Shown here: in pieces, positions 24,504-36,294 of the stretch
Position numbering within the stretch: position 1 is the stretch's first letter
Layout of the letters: each line of letters begins with the position of its first letter
NCBI RefSeq assembly: GCF_036321535.1
Contig: NC_087437.1
Location: forward strand, 49,168,001 to 49,232,000
Length of the DNA stretch: 64,000 bases
Direction: 5' to 3'
DNA from: Camelus dromedarius
Lineage: Eukaryota
Position numbers and translations under genes: made by a program
The notes under the pieces: model-generated
What the model was told of the DNA's origin: nothing
Seen by the model: only the letters and a program-made list of their open reading frames with translations
The model's database searches: none

Positions 24504-26120
24504 TATTATAGCCAGTCTTCAAAAATAGAATATGCCCTCACCCAAAATTTGATTTAGTTGTCAATACTGATGATGCCATATGCATTTAAAGAGGGAGGGT
24601 GTGAAAATGTTTATTACTTACCGAACAATGCCGCCTGGGGAGAGAAGGGAAGATCTCCCAAGCTGGTCTCAAAAACTTGAGAGAGTAGGAAAATGAGACT
24701 AGCATGAGGTTTTTATTGTGGTTAGAGGGTGCAGCTAAAATGAGGGTTCCTGTGTGTGAGTAGGGGCTTAATGGTTTAAATCTCCTGCTGGTACCAAAGA
24801 AGGGAGTACCCAGGCTTTCTTCTTAGCATGTTCAGATATGGAGCAGAAAGGAAAGAAGGTGGGAATATAGCTTAAAAAAATAAACTCCAAATGGCTTAAA
24901 GACTTAAACATAAGACAAGATACTGTAAACCTTCTAGAAGAAAACATAGACCAGACATTCTCAGACATAGATCTTAGCAATGTTCTCCTAGGGCAGTGTG
25001 CTAAGGCAAAGAAATAAAAGCAAAAGTAAACAAATGGGTCTAATTAAACTTATAAGCTTTTGCACAGCAAAGGAAACTATAAACAAAACCAAAAGACAAC
25101 CTACAGAATGGGAGAAAATATTTACAAATGATGCAACTGACAAGGGCTTAATTTCCAGAATATATAAACAGCTCATACAACTCAATAACAACAACAAAAA
25201 CAACTCAATCAGAAACTGGGCAGAAGATCTAAATAGATGTCTCTCCAATGAAGACATACAAATGGCCAATAGGCACATGAAAAAATGCTCAATATCACTA
25301 TTAGAGAAATGCAAATCAAAACAATAATGAGGTATCACCTCACACCAGTCAGAATGGCCATCATTAAAAAGTCCACAGACAACAAATGCTGGAGAGGGTG
25401 TGGAGAAAAGGGAACCCTCCTACATTGTTGGAGGGAATGTAGTTTGGTGCAGCCAATATGGAAAACAATATGAAGATACCTTAAAAAACTAAAAATAGAA
25501 TTACCATATGATCCAACTCCTGGGCATATATTGAGAAGAAACTAATTTGAAAAGATACATGCACCCCAATGTTCCTAGCAGTACTACTTACAATAGCCAA
25601 GACATGGAAGCCAGATAAATATCCATCAACAGAAGACTGGATAAAGAAGATGTGAGAGATATATATACACACACAATGGAATACTACTCGGCCATGAAAA
25701 ATAACAAAATAATGCCATTTGCAGTAACATGGATGGACCTGGAGATCATCATACTAAGTGAAGTAAGCCAGAAAGAGAAAGAAAAATACCGTATGATATC
25801 ACTTAACAGTGGAATCTTAAAAAAATGAGACAAATGAACTTAGAAAACAGAAACAGACTCACAGACATAGAAATAGACATAGAAAACAAACTTTTGGTTA
25901 CCTAGGGGGAAAAGGGGGTGAGTGGAGGGATAAATTGGGAGTTTGATATTTGCAGATAGTAACTACTGTATATAAAATAGATAAACAGCAAGGTCCTACT
26001 GTATAGCACAGGGAACTATATTCAATACCTCATGACAGCCTATAATGAGCACACATAGACACACACACACACACAGATTTTAGCCATCGAACATCAAAAC
26101 CTGGGGCCAGGCTCATTACC
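24504..26120 (-). mobile_element. ERVL-class solo LTR (LTR47/LTR53-like, subfamily tentative), split by an L1
   Basis: 24504-24874 and 26077-26120 join into one antisense LTR (tttatt poly(A) signal about 24610, tttttat TATA about 24712, end aacatcaaaacctggggccaggctcattac). Flanked by TTAGC and CTAGC. Confidence 0.7.
24875..26048 (+). mobile_element. Young camelid L1, ORF2 3' part and 3' UTR
   Basis: ORFs 24998..25327 and 25285..25473 give L1 ORF2 peptides ([42 protein letters not shown]). 3' UTR caaggtcctactgtatagcacagggaactatattcaata. Confidence 0.93.
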
Positions 26121-28993
26121 TAGCCTTTCTGTTGCTCATCATTACTTTGTACATTTCTAAGATTTCATCAGAGATCTTTCTCATTCTGCCTGAAGAGCAT
26201 CCTTATTGTTTATTTTAGTGTGTTTCTGGGAATTATCTCATTTTGTTTATCTAGAAAGATTTTGTTTCCACTACCAATTTCAGAAGATATGAAATTGACA
26301 AATTTTTTTTTTAACACTTAGAAGATACTATTCCATTGTTAGGCGATGTTCACTGTTTTTGCTGAGAAGTCAGCTGTAAGTCTGATTATTACTCTTAAAG
26401 GTAATAGTTTTTATAACTGACTTTTAGGGATTTTTTTTTTTTCTATTTTTAGGTTTTAACAATTTTGTCATTTTAGTGCTTCAGCGTGGATGTCTTTTTC
26501 AGTTATTCCTCCTGGGATTTGTGGTGATTCTTCATTAGATAGCTTGATGATTTCTCCAGTTTTAGAAAGTTCTCAGCTATTATTACTTCAAAATTTGCTT
26601 CAGTCCAATTATATCTCTCTTCTCTTTGTACTTCAGGCCTATTATTTCTCTCCTTTATTTTTAGGGCTCCATTTAAATGTTACACCTTCTTACTGTATCC
26701 TCTGTATCTCTTATTATCTTTTTCTGTATTTTCTATCATTTAATTTTTACATGGTTCACTGAGAATATTCCATGTAGTTAAATTCCTCTTAGGTTTTTGT
26801 GTATTCTGCTATTAGTCCTATCCATTGAGTTCTTAATTTCAGTTCTTATTTTCAGTTTTAGAATTTTCATTAACTTTTTCCACTGCCAAACTTCTTAATC
26901 TGTCATCTTTTTGAACATGATAAGCAGATTTATTTTTAAGCCTTTCTTCAATTATGCCACTTTCTGAAGTTCCTATAGGATAATTTCTATTGCTGTGGTT
27001 TCTGCTGGGTTTTTCTCATATTGTCTTGCTCCTCATGGGGCTGTTTTTAAATTATGTGCTAGAAATTATAGCTTTAAATTGTTTAAAGAAATAATGAGGT
27101 GCTTAAGATATGTTACTTCCTCTAGAAAGGCATCTAAGAACTTCTGCAAGATATCTGAGGGATCCAAGGGACAAACAAACAAAGATATTTGAGGGCACAA
27201 GCATTCTTTGATGCCTAGGGGTTCTAATAAATGGATATTCCTTTCATTCTATTTCAAAGATTAAGGTAATTCAAGGCTGAGCTATGAGAACTTGTCTATT
27301 TCTGGTTTGCCCTATTCCTTGGGATATATCCTTTTGTGGTCACATCCCAAAGCACGAGTATTTACTATGTCTATCCATCACTTTGGTGGGCTCTGGACTA
27401 AAATCTTCCTAGGACCTCATGAAGTTGTTGAAGGTTTTACTCACCCTTTCAGTTGCTTATTCCAGAATCAGAAAATTCTACCAGGAGGAAACATAGCCAT
27501 AAATTTCAGGCTCATCTCTGGCCATCTTCTTTATCCTGGATCAGTAGTTCTTCATTATTTTGTTGGCTCTACATTAACTTCGAGATAATGTTTTAAAAAC
27601 TATTTTGTCCAGTTTTCTTGTTGTCTTTTGTGAGAATATTAGACCAAGTTACATAGTCTGCCATTACTAGAAGTGGAAGCTGGTAGAATGAGTACTTTTA
27701 CAGTTTTTAGTAGTTAATAATAATATGTAATAGTTACAGTAATAGTAATAGTTAATATGTAAATTTATACCAAAAAGATTACTAGCATATACAAACTATT
27801 ATTTCATAGGTATAATTGTTTTTGATGAGTAATAAGTTAAGCAGCTAATGTGAAGAATATTAGGGAAACAATAGGCAATGATGGCAAATATTATGAACTG
27901 GAAATGAAATTCATTATGGGAAACTACTGTAGTAGAATCATAAGGTAGATCCTAGAGAGTTGTCCTGAGACAATGACTCATAGGAAATGATTACTTTTTA
28001 AAGAGTGATAGCAAAAAATAACACATGTTTTGTAGTCAGTGATTAAGAGCAGATTACTAACTAAAAGTGGCCCTTGAATAATACCCATACCTCTTGCCTG
28101 AAGTTAATCAACATCTTGCCAATTTAGTGATGGGCTAGGATTCCAGGTTTAGACCCATATATTAGTAATTTATTGTTTGCAAGTTTGACAAAGACTAGAC
28201 TGATTGGAAGTTTTCAGAAAGCTCTGTCATTTTAATATATCAGGTATATAAATAGCAGAAGTGAAATTTCAGTTTCTTAAATTACTTCAATGCTATTAGT
28301 AATGACCTCAGTTAATTCAAGAGTTGTGCAAACCAAAATGTATTGCAGACCTTCTTAGAATTAATCAACTTGTACTAAAATTTTCTTCCAGGAAGACCAC
28401 TATGGCCCTAATTCATTCCTTACTGGAGTGTAACCCTGAATTGACAGTTTTGTGAACATTGTGCTGAAAATTAAGTACAAGTTAATTTGAATCTTTGCTA
28501 ATGCCATATAATAATAAATTCAACATTGTTTCCTACCACTGGCTCTTTATCTTAGAGTATTGGTGTAGTGGTTGGCCATAAAATAATACTGAGGCCCTCA
28601 TGGAATCCTACTTTTTATCATGTGTATATGAAAATTGCAAATCTGTTGGCAAACTTTATTTCCAGTCATTTTCCCCAGGTATATATCTAGTACTTTATTA
28701 TACATATAGTACTAAAACCTTTTGAATTTAACTTTTGACTACACATTTTTTCCTAAAACCAGGAAAACAACATGTACTTTTTAGACCCTAAGTTATCTGT
28801 TTATTTTCCCATCTTCACTAGAAATCTTCATGTTAGAAAACCTGTATGAAGAGACATATTCTTTAATCTTGAATTAGAGATCTATATAGGGTTCATAATC
28901 AACTTTTATATTAAAGTCAGGATTAAAAACAGGAGTTAGTAAGAAAAGTACCAAACAGATTCAAACCATTTGTAAAACAAGGATAAGAATTCT

Positions 28994-29331
28994 CGGTGCC
29001 ATGACAGTCCCAGGGCTAGCCACAAAAGGTTAAAGAGTGGGAAATGGCCAACTTCCTGGGAATCCTAGCCCCTTCCCCAGGCTAGTTAAATTGGTCCTTC
29101 CACTTATTAGCAAATGAAGCCACTGAGCCCATAAAAAATGGCAACACGTGTCTCATGGCTGCCGCCCCATCCCTCTCTCTCCCTCTTCAGAGACGGCCCT
29201 CACTCTGTGTGTGGAGTGTGTACCTACTTTTACTCTAATCTGAGACCCAATCCCCTACACCTCATAGCCTTTCTCTTGCCTTTCAATGTATCTCTCTAAA
29301 TAAATCCAACTTTACTCAAAATAAATAAATA
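28994..29331 (+). mobile_element. ERV1 (MER41-like) LTR U3-R fragment retroposed with poly(A) tail and TSD
   Basis: gccatgacagt..aaaagg..aaagagtggg..ttcctgggaatcc..gccccttcccc..cccataaaaa is MER41-like LTR sequence. AATAAA at 29299-29304, A-rich tail at 29318-29331, flanking AAGAATTCT at 28985-28993 and 29332-29340. Confidence 0.8.
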
Positions 29332-29502
29332 AAGAATTCTTTGTTCCTAAATGATATTATTTGTTTTGATGCAACCAAGTTATTTTTCTAGGTATACATC
29401 CTGTTACCTTATTCACTGCCACCTTTGGAAATGATTGCATCAAAGCCTTGCCCATCCCAGTGGCCTATGAATAATTTTAATATTAAAAAAAAAAAAAAAC
29501 TA

Positions 29503-29640
29503 GGGAGATGTGTATAGCTCAAGTGGTAGAGCACGTGCTTAGCCTACACAAGGTCCTGGGTTCAATCCCCAGTACCTCCATTAAAAAAATTATAATTAAA
29601 ATAAATAGACCTAATTACCCCCCCCCAAAAATTTTTTAAA
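29503..29640 (+). mobile_element. Vic-1-type camelid SINE (tRNA-Ala derived)
   Basis: A box tagctcaagtgg (29515), B box ggttcaatcc (29559), tRNA-Ala-like head ending agtacctcca, then aaataaatagacctaattacccccccccc and an A-rich tail. Confidence 0.88.
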
Positions 29641-31759
29641 TCTATAAAAAATGTATCATAGGAAATAACAAGCAGAAAACAAAGATAGGTGGTCAACAAA
29701 GCCAAAAGTGGATTATTTGAAAAGATTAATAAAATAGATATATCTCTAGGAAGATTGATAAAGAAAAACTAAATGGTAACATAATAAAATATTAGGATTG
29801 AAAAGAGGATACAACTATAGGTGAAAAAAATTTAAAAGTAAATAAGAAAATATCATGGATGACTATTTCACTAAATTTGAAAACTTAAAAATGGAAAAAG
29901 ATAAAATTTTTTATCAAGACCAATTCAAAAGGACTAGAAGAACTAAATAATTCTATGACCATATAAAATTAATCCAACAAAAAAAACTTAAAAAAAAAAG
30001 AAAAAAACAGGCCTTCTAATGAACTTGTAAGGAACAGACAATTCCAAGTTTACAGAAATTTTTAAGAGAATAGAAAAATAGGAAACATTTCTTAACAAAT
30101 TTTATGAATCTTGTATAGACTTTATGCAAAAAATGAATGTGAGAAGAACAGTACAAGGAAGGTAAATTATAGGTTAATCTCACTCAAATATGCTGAGACC
30201 CTAAACAGAATATTAGCAAACTATTCCCAACTATATATAAAAATATATTTAAAAAGAAATATTACCAATTAGCTATGTCCAGAAACCCACAGTTAATGTA
30301 ATACTAGAAAATCAGTTTTTATAAAATTTGTATGTTTATCAAGTACAGAAGAAAAATAAAAGAAAACCCTACAGCAAACATCATAGTAAAGGGTGAAATG
30401 TTAAAAAGCATTCCTTTTAAAATCAGGAACCAGAGAATAATACCCACTGTCAACACTTCTATTAAACTCCTAACGATGAAATTAAAAAAAAATTTTTTTA
30501 GTAAAATAAAAGGTATGAGGATTGAAAAGCAAGCAACAGCATTGTTCTTATTAGTAGGTGTCATTACCCTATAAAAATGAATCTAAATGCAAGTTTTTTT
30601 TAATTAATAAGAATTTGGCAGGGTTACAGGATAAACAGATAAATATATAAAAATAAATTGCATTTTTATACCATTTGAAATTATAATTTTGAAATATACC
30701 TGTTAATATAACAACATAAATATGATAAAATCCAATAAAAGATACTTGAGCAATTGATTTTCAAGTTAGAAAAAATAAAATTTGTCAAATATCACACTAT
30801 ATGCAGAAATAAATTCCAGGTAGATTAAAGACTTCATTACAAAAGCAAAACTTTAATATTCTCATGAGAAAATTTAATAACGTGTTTATGATCTTGGTAT
30901 AGACAAGGATTATTTATGTAAGATAGAAAAAGCACTAACTCTAAAGGAAAATACTGAAGGATTTGCCTGCATCAAAATTCAAAACTTCTGTATGTCAAAG
31001 ACACTATTTCAAAAGTGAAAAGATAGGTCAAGGAGAATATATTTGAAACACATACGACCAATAACAGAATAATATTGAAAATATATGAATATTTTTAAAT
31101 GCCTCCTAAAAATCAATACAGAGATTACAAATGATCCAATAGAAAATGTCCAAAGAAGTCCTTAAACATTTCACAAAGGAGACATACGAATGGCCCACAG
31201 ACACGTGCAACATGTGAACAGAGAAATACAAATACAAACCTCACTGAATTCCCACTTGATTGGAAATTGTGTTTAAGAAGTCTGACAATACCAAGTATTT
31301 CAAGGGTGTGCAAAGTGAGAACTCTTAAGTATTCCTGGCTGAAATATAAATTGATAGAATGACTTTAGAAAACAAATCCAGTATTAATATATGCATTTGA
31401 AGATATATAAACCCCATTACCCCAAAATTTTACTCCTTGCATATATTCCAAAAAAAACTTCATGTGTGCATCAGAAGACTTGTATAAGAGTTTTTAGCAG
31501 TATTCTGTAAAATACCAAAAAGCAAACCAACAAAAAACCCACCTGGAAACAGCTGTAATGGATAGGTAAATTTTGGTATGTTTATGCAATGGAACACTAT
31601 ACAGCACTGATAAATGAAAAACACTCTATACATTAACATGGATAAAATCTACTAATTTGGAATTTCAAAAAATGTAAGTCACAAAAGAATATACATTTAA
31701 TAATTTTCTTTATATAAAGTTCAAAACATGCAAGATAAATAAAATAATATACATATACA

Positions 31760-31790
<31 letters not shown>

Positions 31791-31794
31791 CACA

Positions 31795-33789
31795 CACATA
31801 GTGTTATTTATTCAAAAAACTCACTATATTTATTAAAAAACTCACTAGATCATTTCTACCTTTGTTGTGGATTGTACTTCCCACAATACCAATGTTAGTT
31901 TCAGCCATGTGGCTTACTTCAGCCACTTGAATGTAAACAGAAGTGATACATGCTGCTTTTAAGAAGAAACCTGAAGAATCATCACGTGGTTCTGCCATCA
32001 CCCTTCACCATCTGCCACTGCATGTCGTGTCCCAGATAGAGGCTGCTCTCTTCATCCTGGAAGAGGACACAGGAAATAAAGCTTCAGCCAACTCACGGCC
32101 AATGTAGAACTATATAACTGAGCAAAAAATAATTACTTATTTTTGTCAGCCATTTAGAACTTATTACCTCAAAGCAGATGCTGCCATAACAAAACCCCTA
32201 AAATATGTCCCACTGACTTTATGGCAGAGTGGTAGGTAACAAGGAAACTGTTATTACAGGTTGGAAGGATGGCAACCCACTATGCAGTGGTGAAGCATTT
32301 AATGAAGCTATAGCTACAGTAACATAAAAAGCAGATAATATACTGAGTGACTTTGTGACCTTAGGCAAAGGGATTAGGAAACAAAGCATTACTAGCATGT
32401 TCTGGTTGCTATTGGCTGCATTTGATATGGTGGTACAGAAAAAGAAATGAGCTCACAAAAGGATTGGCCAGTTTGAAAGATGAAAAGAAATGAAAGAAAA
32501 TCAGAAAACTGGGGACTTAAAGGCTTGGAAGATGCAACTTATTCTCATATCCCAAAGTAAAACTGAGAATGCCTCTGAGTGACAAAACCTGATTAAAACA
32601 GCTTTGGAGAGTCATAGGCTGAATCAAAGATGTTAGAGGTGCCTTAGGTTGAATTGATCATGGTGATAATGGGTAAACCTTTTGAAGTACACAAATGGCT
32701 TAAAAGAGCCTAAGGGTATAGCTCCCTCCCAGAAGTCTGATAAGCTCCCCAAAAACCTCTGTGTAAGTCTAGAGAAAGACAGGCATGTCTTGAAAAGAAT
32801 TGCTGATGTGGTTGTTGGTACAAAAAACTGGTGAAGTTGTTGAGAGAATTACACTGCCAAAACATCCATCATCCTAGATGAAAAGAGACTGTGTCTGTTC
32901 TAAATCTAAGAGCAGGAAGCAAGAAAATCTTAGCTCCCAAGGGAGCATATTCTCCAATGCCCTTTTCAGATGTGGTCCAGTGAGGGCAATGGAAAAGGAA
33001 GACCCGCCCAGAAGGTGGAGTCAGCAATTGTCTCTAATCATGAACCAGAGCCAGACACAGAGAGCAGAATGAACCTAATCAAGAGGCATTTCTTCCCTCT
33101 ATGGTGATGGTCCCTCACCACATTTGCCCACTGGGATTTCAGAATTGCTGTGCTCGGCAGTTTTAGTTTTAGTTCATGGGTCTAAAAATGAAGAGGAACT
33201 ATATCTGGACCGGATGTTAAGGTAATCACAGAATCCTGGACCTAGAATCTGATGCTCTGATGGGCTACATCATTTTAGCTGTTTTTCTTGGAGATAGGGG
33301 GAATATATTATTACATGGAAGAGTGAGAAATGATTATTAGTGACCAAGAGAGCAAACTTTAGTCAGTGTTATTATTGTTCTCCACTATTCACTATCATTT
33401 CCTATAAGGGGATTATACATTCTTATCCTTTGCCATGTAAGTTGTAGTGTCCCTCCTTGTGATATTTCCTCCTTGCCTGTAACATGTTTAGCCAGTAACA
33501 TGTGATGGAACTGATACGTGCCACTTCCATGAGAAGTTTTAAGAGCCATCACATGGTTTTGCCACTGCTAGTTTTCCTCTGCAGTGAGACTGAGGTTCTC
33601 AAGCAGCTGAGTTACTGCTCATTCTCTACTCCTTTAGTCTGAGCCCTGGAAGGAAGAAAACAGAACAAAGTCAAAGCTGACCCACAAACAGACAGCCAAC
33701 CTGCAGCAAACATGTGCTTGATCAAAAAAATCTACATCTCTTTGTGTAAGTCACCACTGCAGCTTAACTTAGCAAAGCAGACTTACACA
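31795..33789 (+). mobile_element. MaLR provirus remnant: 5' LTR, MLT1-int and 3' LTR (MLT1I/J-group)
   Basis: LTR1 about 31795-32155. Internal region begins ..tgctgccataacaaaacccctaaaatatgt.. and includes ggttgctattggctgcatttg. LTR2 33358-33789 follows gaccaagagagcaaac and ends ..gacttacaCA. Confidence 0.8.
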
Positions 33790-33999
33790 GGAATATATGT
33801 AGGTGGGAAACATTGGAAGGAAAAACAAGAGAATTTTAAACACAAAATTTGAGATAATGGTTACCTTTAGTGAGGAGGCCAGAGAATACAGGAAGGAGCA
33901 TATAGTATTTAGGCAGTATTTATATGGATGTTCATTTTATCATTCTTTTACCTTTCAGAAATGAGCATTTGGTCGATTGATAGAGCATATTAAATAGCA

Positions 34000-34003
34000 C
34001 ATA

Positions 34004-34054
<51 letters not shown>

Positions 34055-34068
34055 GCATATATGTATAT
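34000..34068. repeat. (TG)n(TA)n microsatellite
   Basis: Read directly from the sequence. Confidence 0.95.
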
Positions 34069-34159
34069 TCTTTATAAAAATATACTTTTATGTTTATATG
34101 TTTGTATCAAATATTTTATAATTATAAAATGGAGAAAGTATATTAAACTGATGAAATAA

Positions 34160-34620
34160 GAAGCTGAACACATGGTTTGACCTATGCTTCTTCACAAAAA
34201 CCTACTAAAATGATAGTAGAAGGACCAAAACAACACAAAGACAAGGAAAATGGGAGAGGAGAAATAGCAATAAAATTTTGACTTGGCTTAGAGAAAGCTA
34301 AAACTTAGACTAGCAACCTGAGAAGCTCAGACTCAAGATGATTCAAATCAGCTTACTCTAGAAAAGCTGTCCCTCTGAAGAAGGATGTTCAGTTAATGGT
34401 AAAAACAGGAGAGTTACCTTAAGATACCATAATTCGCAGTTGGACCCTCAGATCTGCTCCTCCATCACCAGCAGCTGAATTACTGCTCATTCTCTACCGT
34501 GCAGAGGACTGAAGTTTAATTCTAAGGACATTGAACTCCAGGACATCAGGCAAAGCTGATCACAAAAATATCATTCTAAAAAACAGGGAGATCAAATAAG
34601 AATCCGCAGTGAAAAATGTT
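34160..34620 (+). mobile_element. HAL1 (half-L1)-like 5' region
   Basis: aaaacctactaaaatgatagtagaagg..cacaaagacaaggaaaatgggagaggagaaatagcaataaaatttt..gcagttggaccctcagatc..gcagaggactgaagtttaattct resembles the HAL1 5' end. Confidence 0.65.
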
Positions 34621-34754
34621 CCTTCTGTTTTTACAGTATTCAATGACTGAATTACTCTGAAAGAATAAGCAGTTAATGCTACAGAGAGATTAAAGTGATC
34701 ATTCTTCTAGGGCTGTTACAACTCCTGAAATGTGGATATTTGGGGAATCCGCAA

Positions 34755-34920
34755 TTCAGTTGTTCAAAAAATAGTTCTTGAGTAGCCACTATGTGGCAAG
34801 AACTGCCCTAAACAAGAGATAAAAGAAATTGACTGTCCCGAGCTCTCCCCAGAGGTGAGTGTTGAGGGGGATGACGAGACGTTAAACAGAAACTTACACA
34901 AATTATAAATCAGTTACAAT
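34755..34920 (-). mobile_element. L2 3' end
   Basis: ttcaaaaaatagttcttgagtagccactatgtggcaagaactgccct matches the antisense L2 terminus. Confidence 0.65.
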
Positions 34921-36260
34921 GATTAATAAACATTTCACTGATGATCAATCATTCTGGTAAATGTTTTGTACATAAAAAAATATTTAACTGCATGGCACAG
35001 ACATCTACTAATCAGACTAGACATCAGTGACGAATGTTTCCAGTGCCTCCCAACTAAACAGCGTCACTGAATATAGGAATATTAGCCTCACATTCAAAAC
35101 TTGGTTATTCCATATTTATTATTAAAGTTGGCAAAATGACAGTAAGACTCTTATTGAGTGTACTTGTCTGAAGTTTATACCTGTGATATTAAAAACAGTT
35201 GAACTGTAATGCCATTCTTGGGGTCAGTTGGCATGTCATTCTATTTAAACACAGTGAACTGATTTGTCATACTTGGAGGACAAATGAGGACCAGAAAAAT
35301 TATCATCAAACCCTGGGTTATTAGATGACCAAACCACTCTACAGTGCTCATTTTATTTTTACATGTTAAAATGAATATTTTGGGGAGTAGGAATGAAAGT
35401 TGGCAGTCAGTGAAATGTTGAATGCAGCTTTTTGAGAGGACAATATTAAGACCTGGAGCTAATAAAAAGGTTAGTTTTTTCCCCTTCCCTTAACTGAAGA
35501 ATCTGGGGTCTTAAATTTGGATTATGGAAGTCAGGAAGGGTAGGAGTCTAAAGGATTTAAGAAATCACCTACAGAGTGGAGGTTAAAAAAGAGTCCTCTG
35601 GATGTGTTTTGAATTCTTCAAGAGCATCTATCATGTACAAAGCAGCCTTTTTTCTTTCCTTATTCTGCTCTTTTTGCCTCCCTCATATTCTGTGTCTCTC
35701 CGATCCCCACTTCCAAACTTCAAGGTGACCTCCTCCTCGTGGTGGGTAATGATGTGTGAGGGAGACCACCCGGCTGGGCCCACCACACTGCAAGTGCCAC
35801 CCCGGTCCGGTAGGGTTCAGGAAGGCCCCCCCATTTAGAAGGCTTTGTATTTTTTGTTACATTGTTCTCCCAGCACTGGATAAAAAACATGGCGTGAACA
35901 ATAGAGCTGTGTGAGATTTAAAATATCTGAATACATAATAATTTTACCCAGCTTTCAGAAAAAAAAACTAAAAAGTAAATAACAAAAACCATTCCTCAGA
36001 ATGTGTGAGCCTAAATTTTCAGTCACTTTGGAAGCATTTTCTTCTTTTTCTGCTTTTTCATTATCTGGGCCAGTTGGCAATAAAACAGCATTTAATTATA
36101 CATAAACGTGAGAACTCTGGTGAGAGAATATGGATTGTGATCTAGTCAGAACTAGTTTGGGGCCAGAAATTGTTCATTCTTGATGCCTTCATTCTTATCT
36201 CTTATCTGCTTTTTCCCTATTTATTTTGTACCTTTATTTTCCCCTGCAGTTTTCTTTCTC

Positions 36261-36263
<3 letters not shown>

Positions 36264-36293
<30 letters not shown>
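36264..36293. repeat. Poly(T)30 tract
   Basis: 30 uninterrupted T residues in otherwise unique sequence. Confidence 0.95.

Positions 36294-36294
<1 letters not shown>

Larger units (their letters stand above)
18550..27680 (-). mobile_element. Near full-length ancient L1 (L1ME-class) with nested insertions
   Basis: Collinear antisense order: 3' UTR (18550-19150), ORF2 (to about 24100), inter-ORF and ORF1 (gctgagaagtcagctgtaagtctgatt about 26360), then 5' region ending ccattactagaagtggaag. Interrupted by MER63, two young L1s and an LTR. Confidence 0.75.
29650..34135 (+). mobile_element. Ancient L1 (L1ME-class) ORF2 and 3' UTR, split by a MaLR provirus
   Basis: ORF 30332..30574 contains the RT segment PTANIIVKGEMLKSIPF. 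The 3' UTR runs to about 31760 and resumes at 33790 (aacacaaaatttgagataatggttacct). Confidence 0.8.

Noticed and set aside
24998..25473. L1 ORF2 peptides as a functional CDS
   Set aside because: The element is 5'-truncated and frameshifted, with no ORF1, endonuclease or RT domain, so it cannot be active.
35785..35810. Possible CTCF site (reverse strand GACCGGGGTGGCAC)
   Set aside because: The 5' half of the core motif matches poorly.
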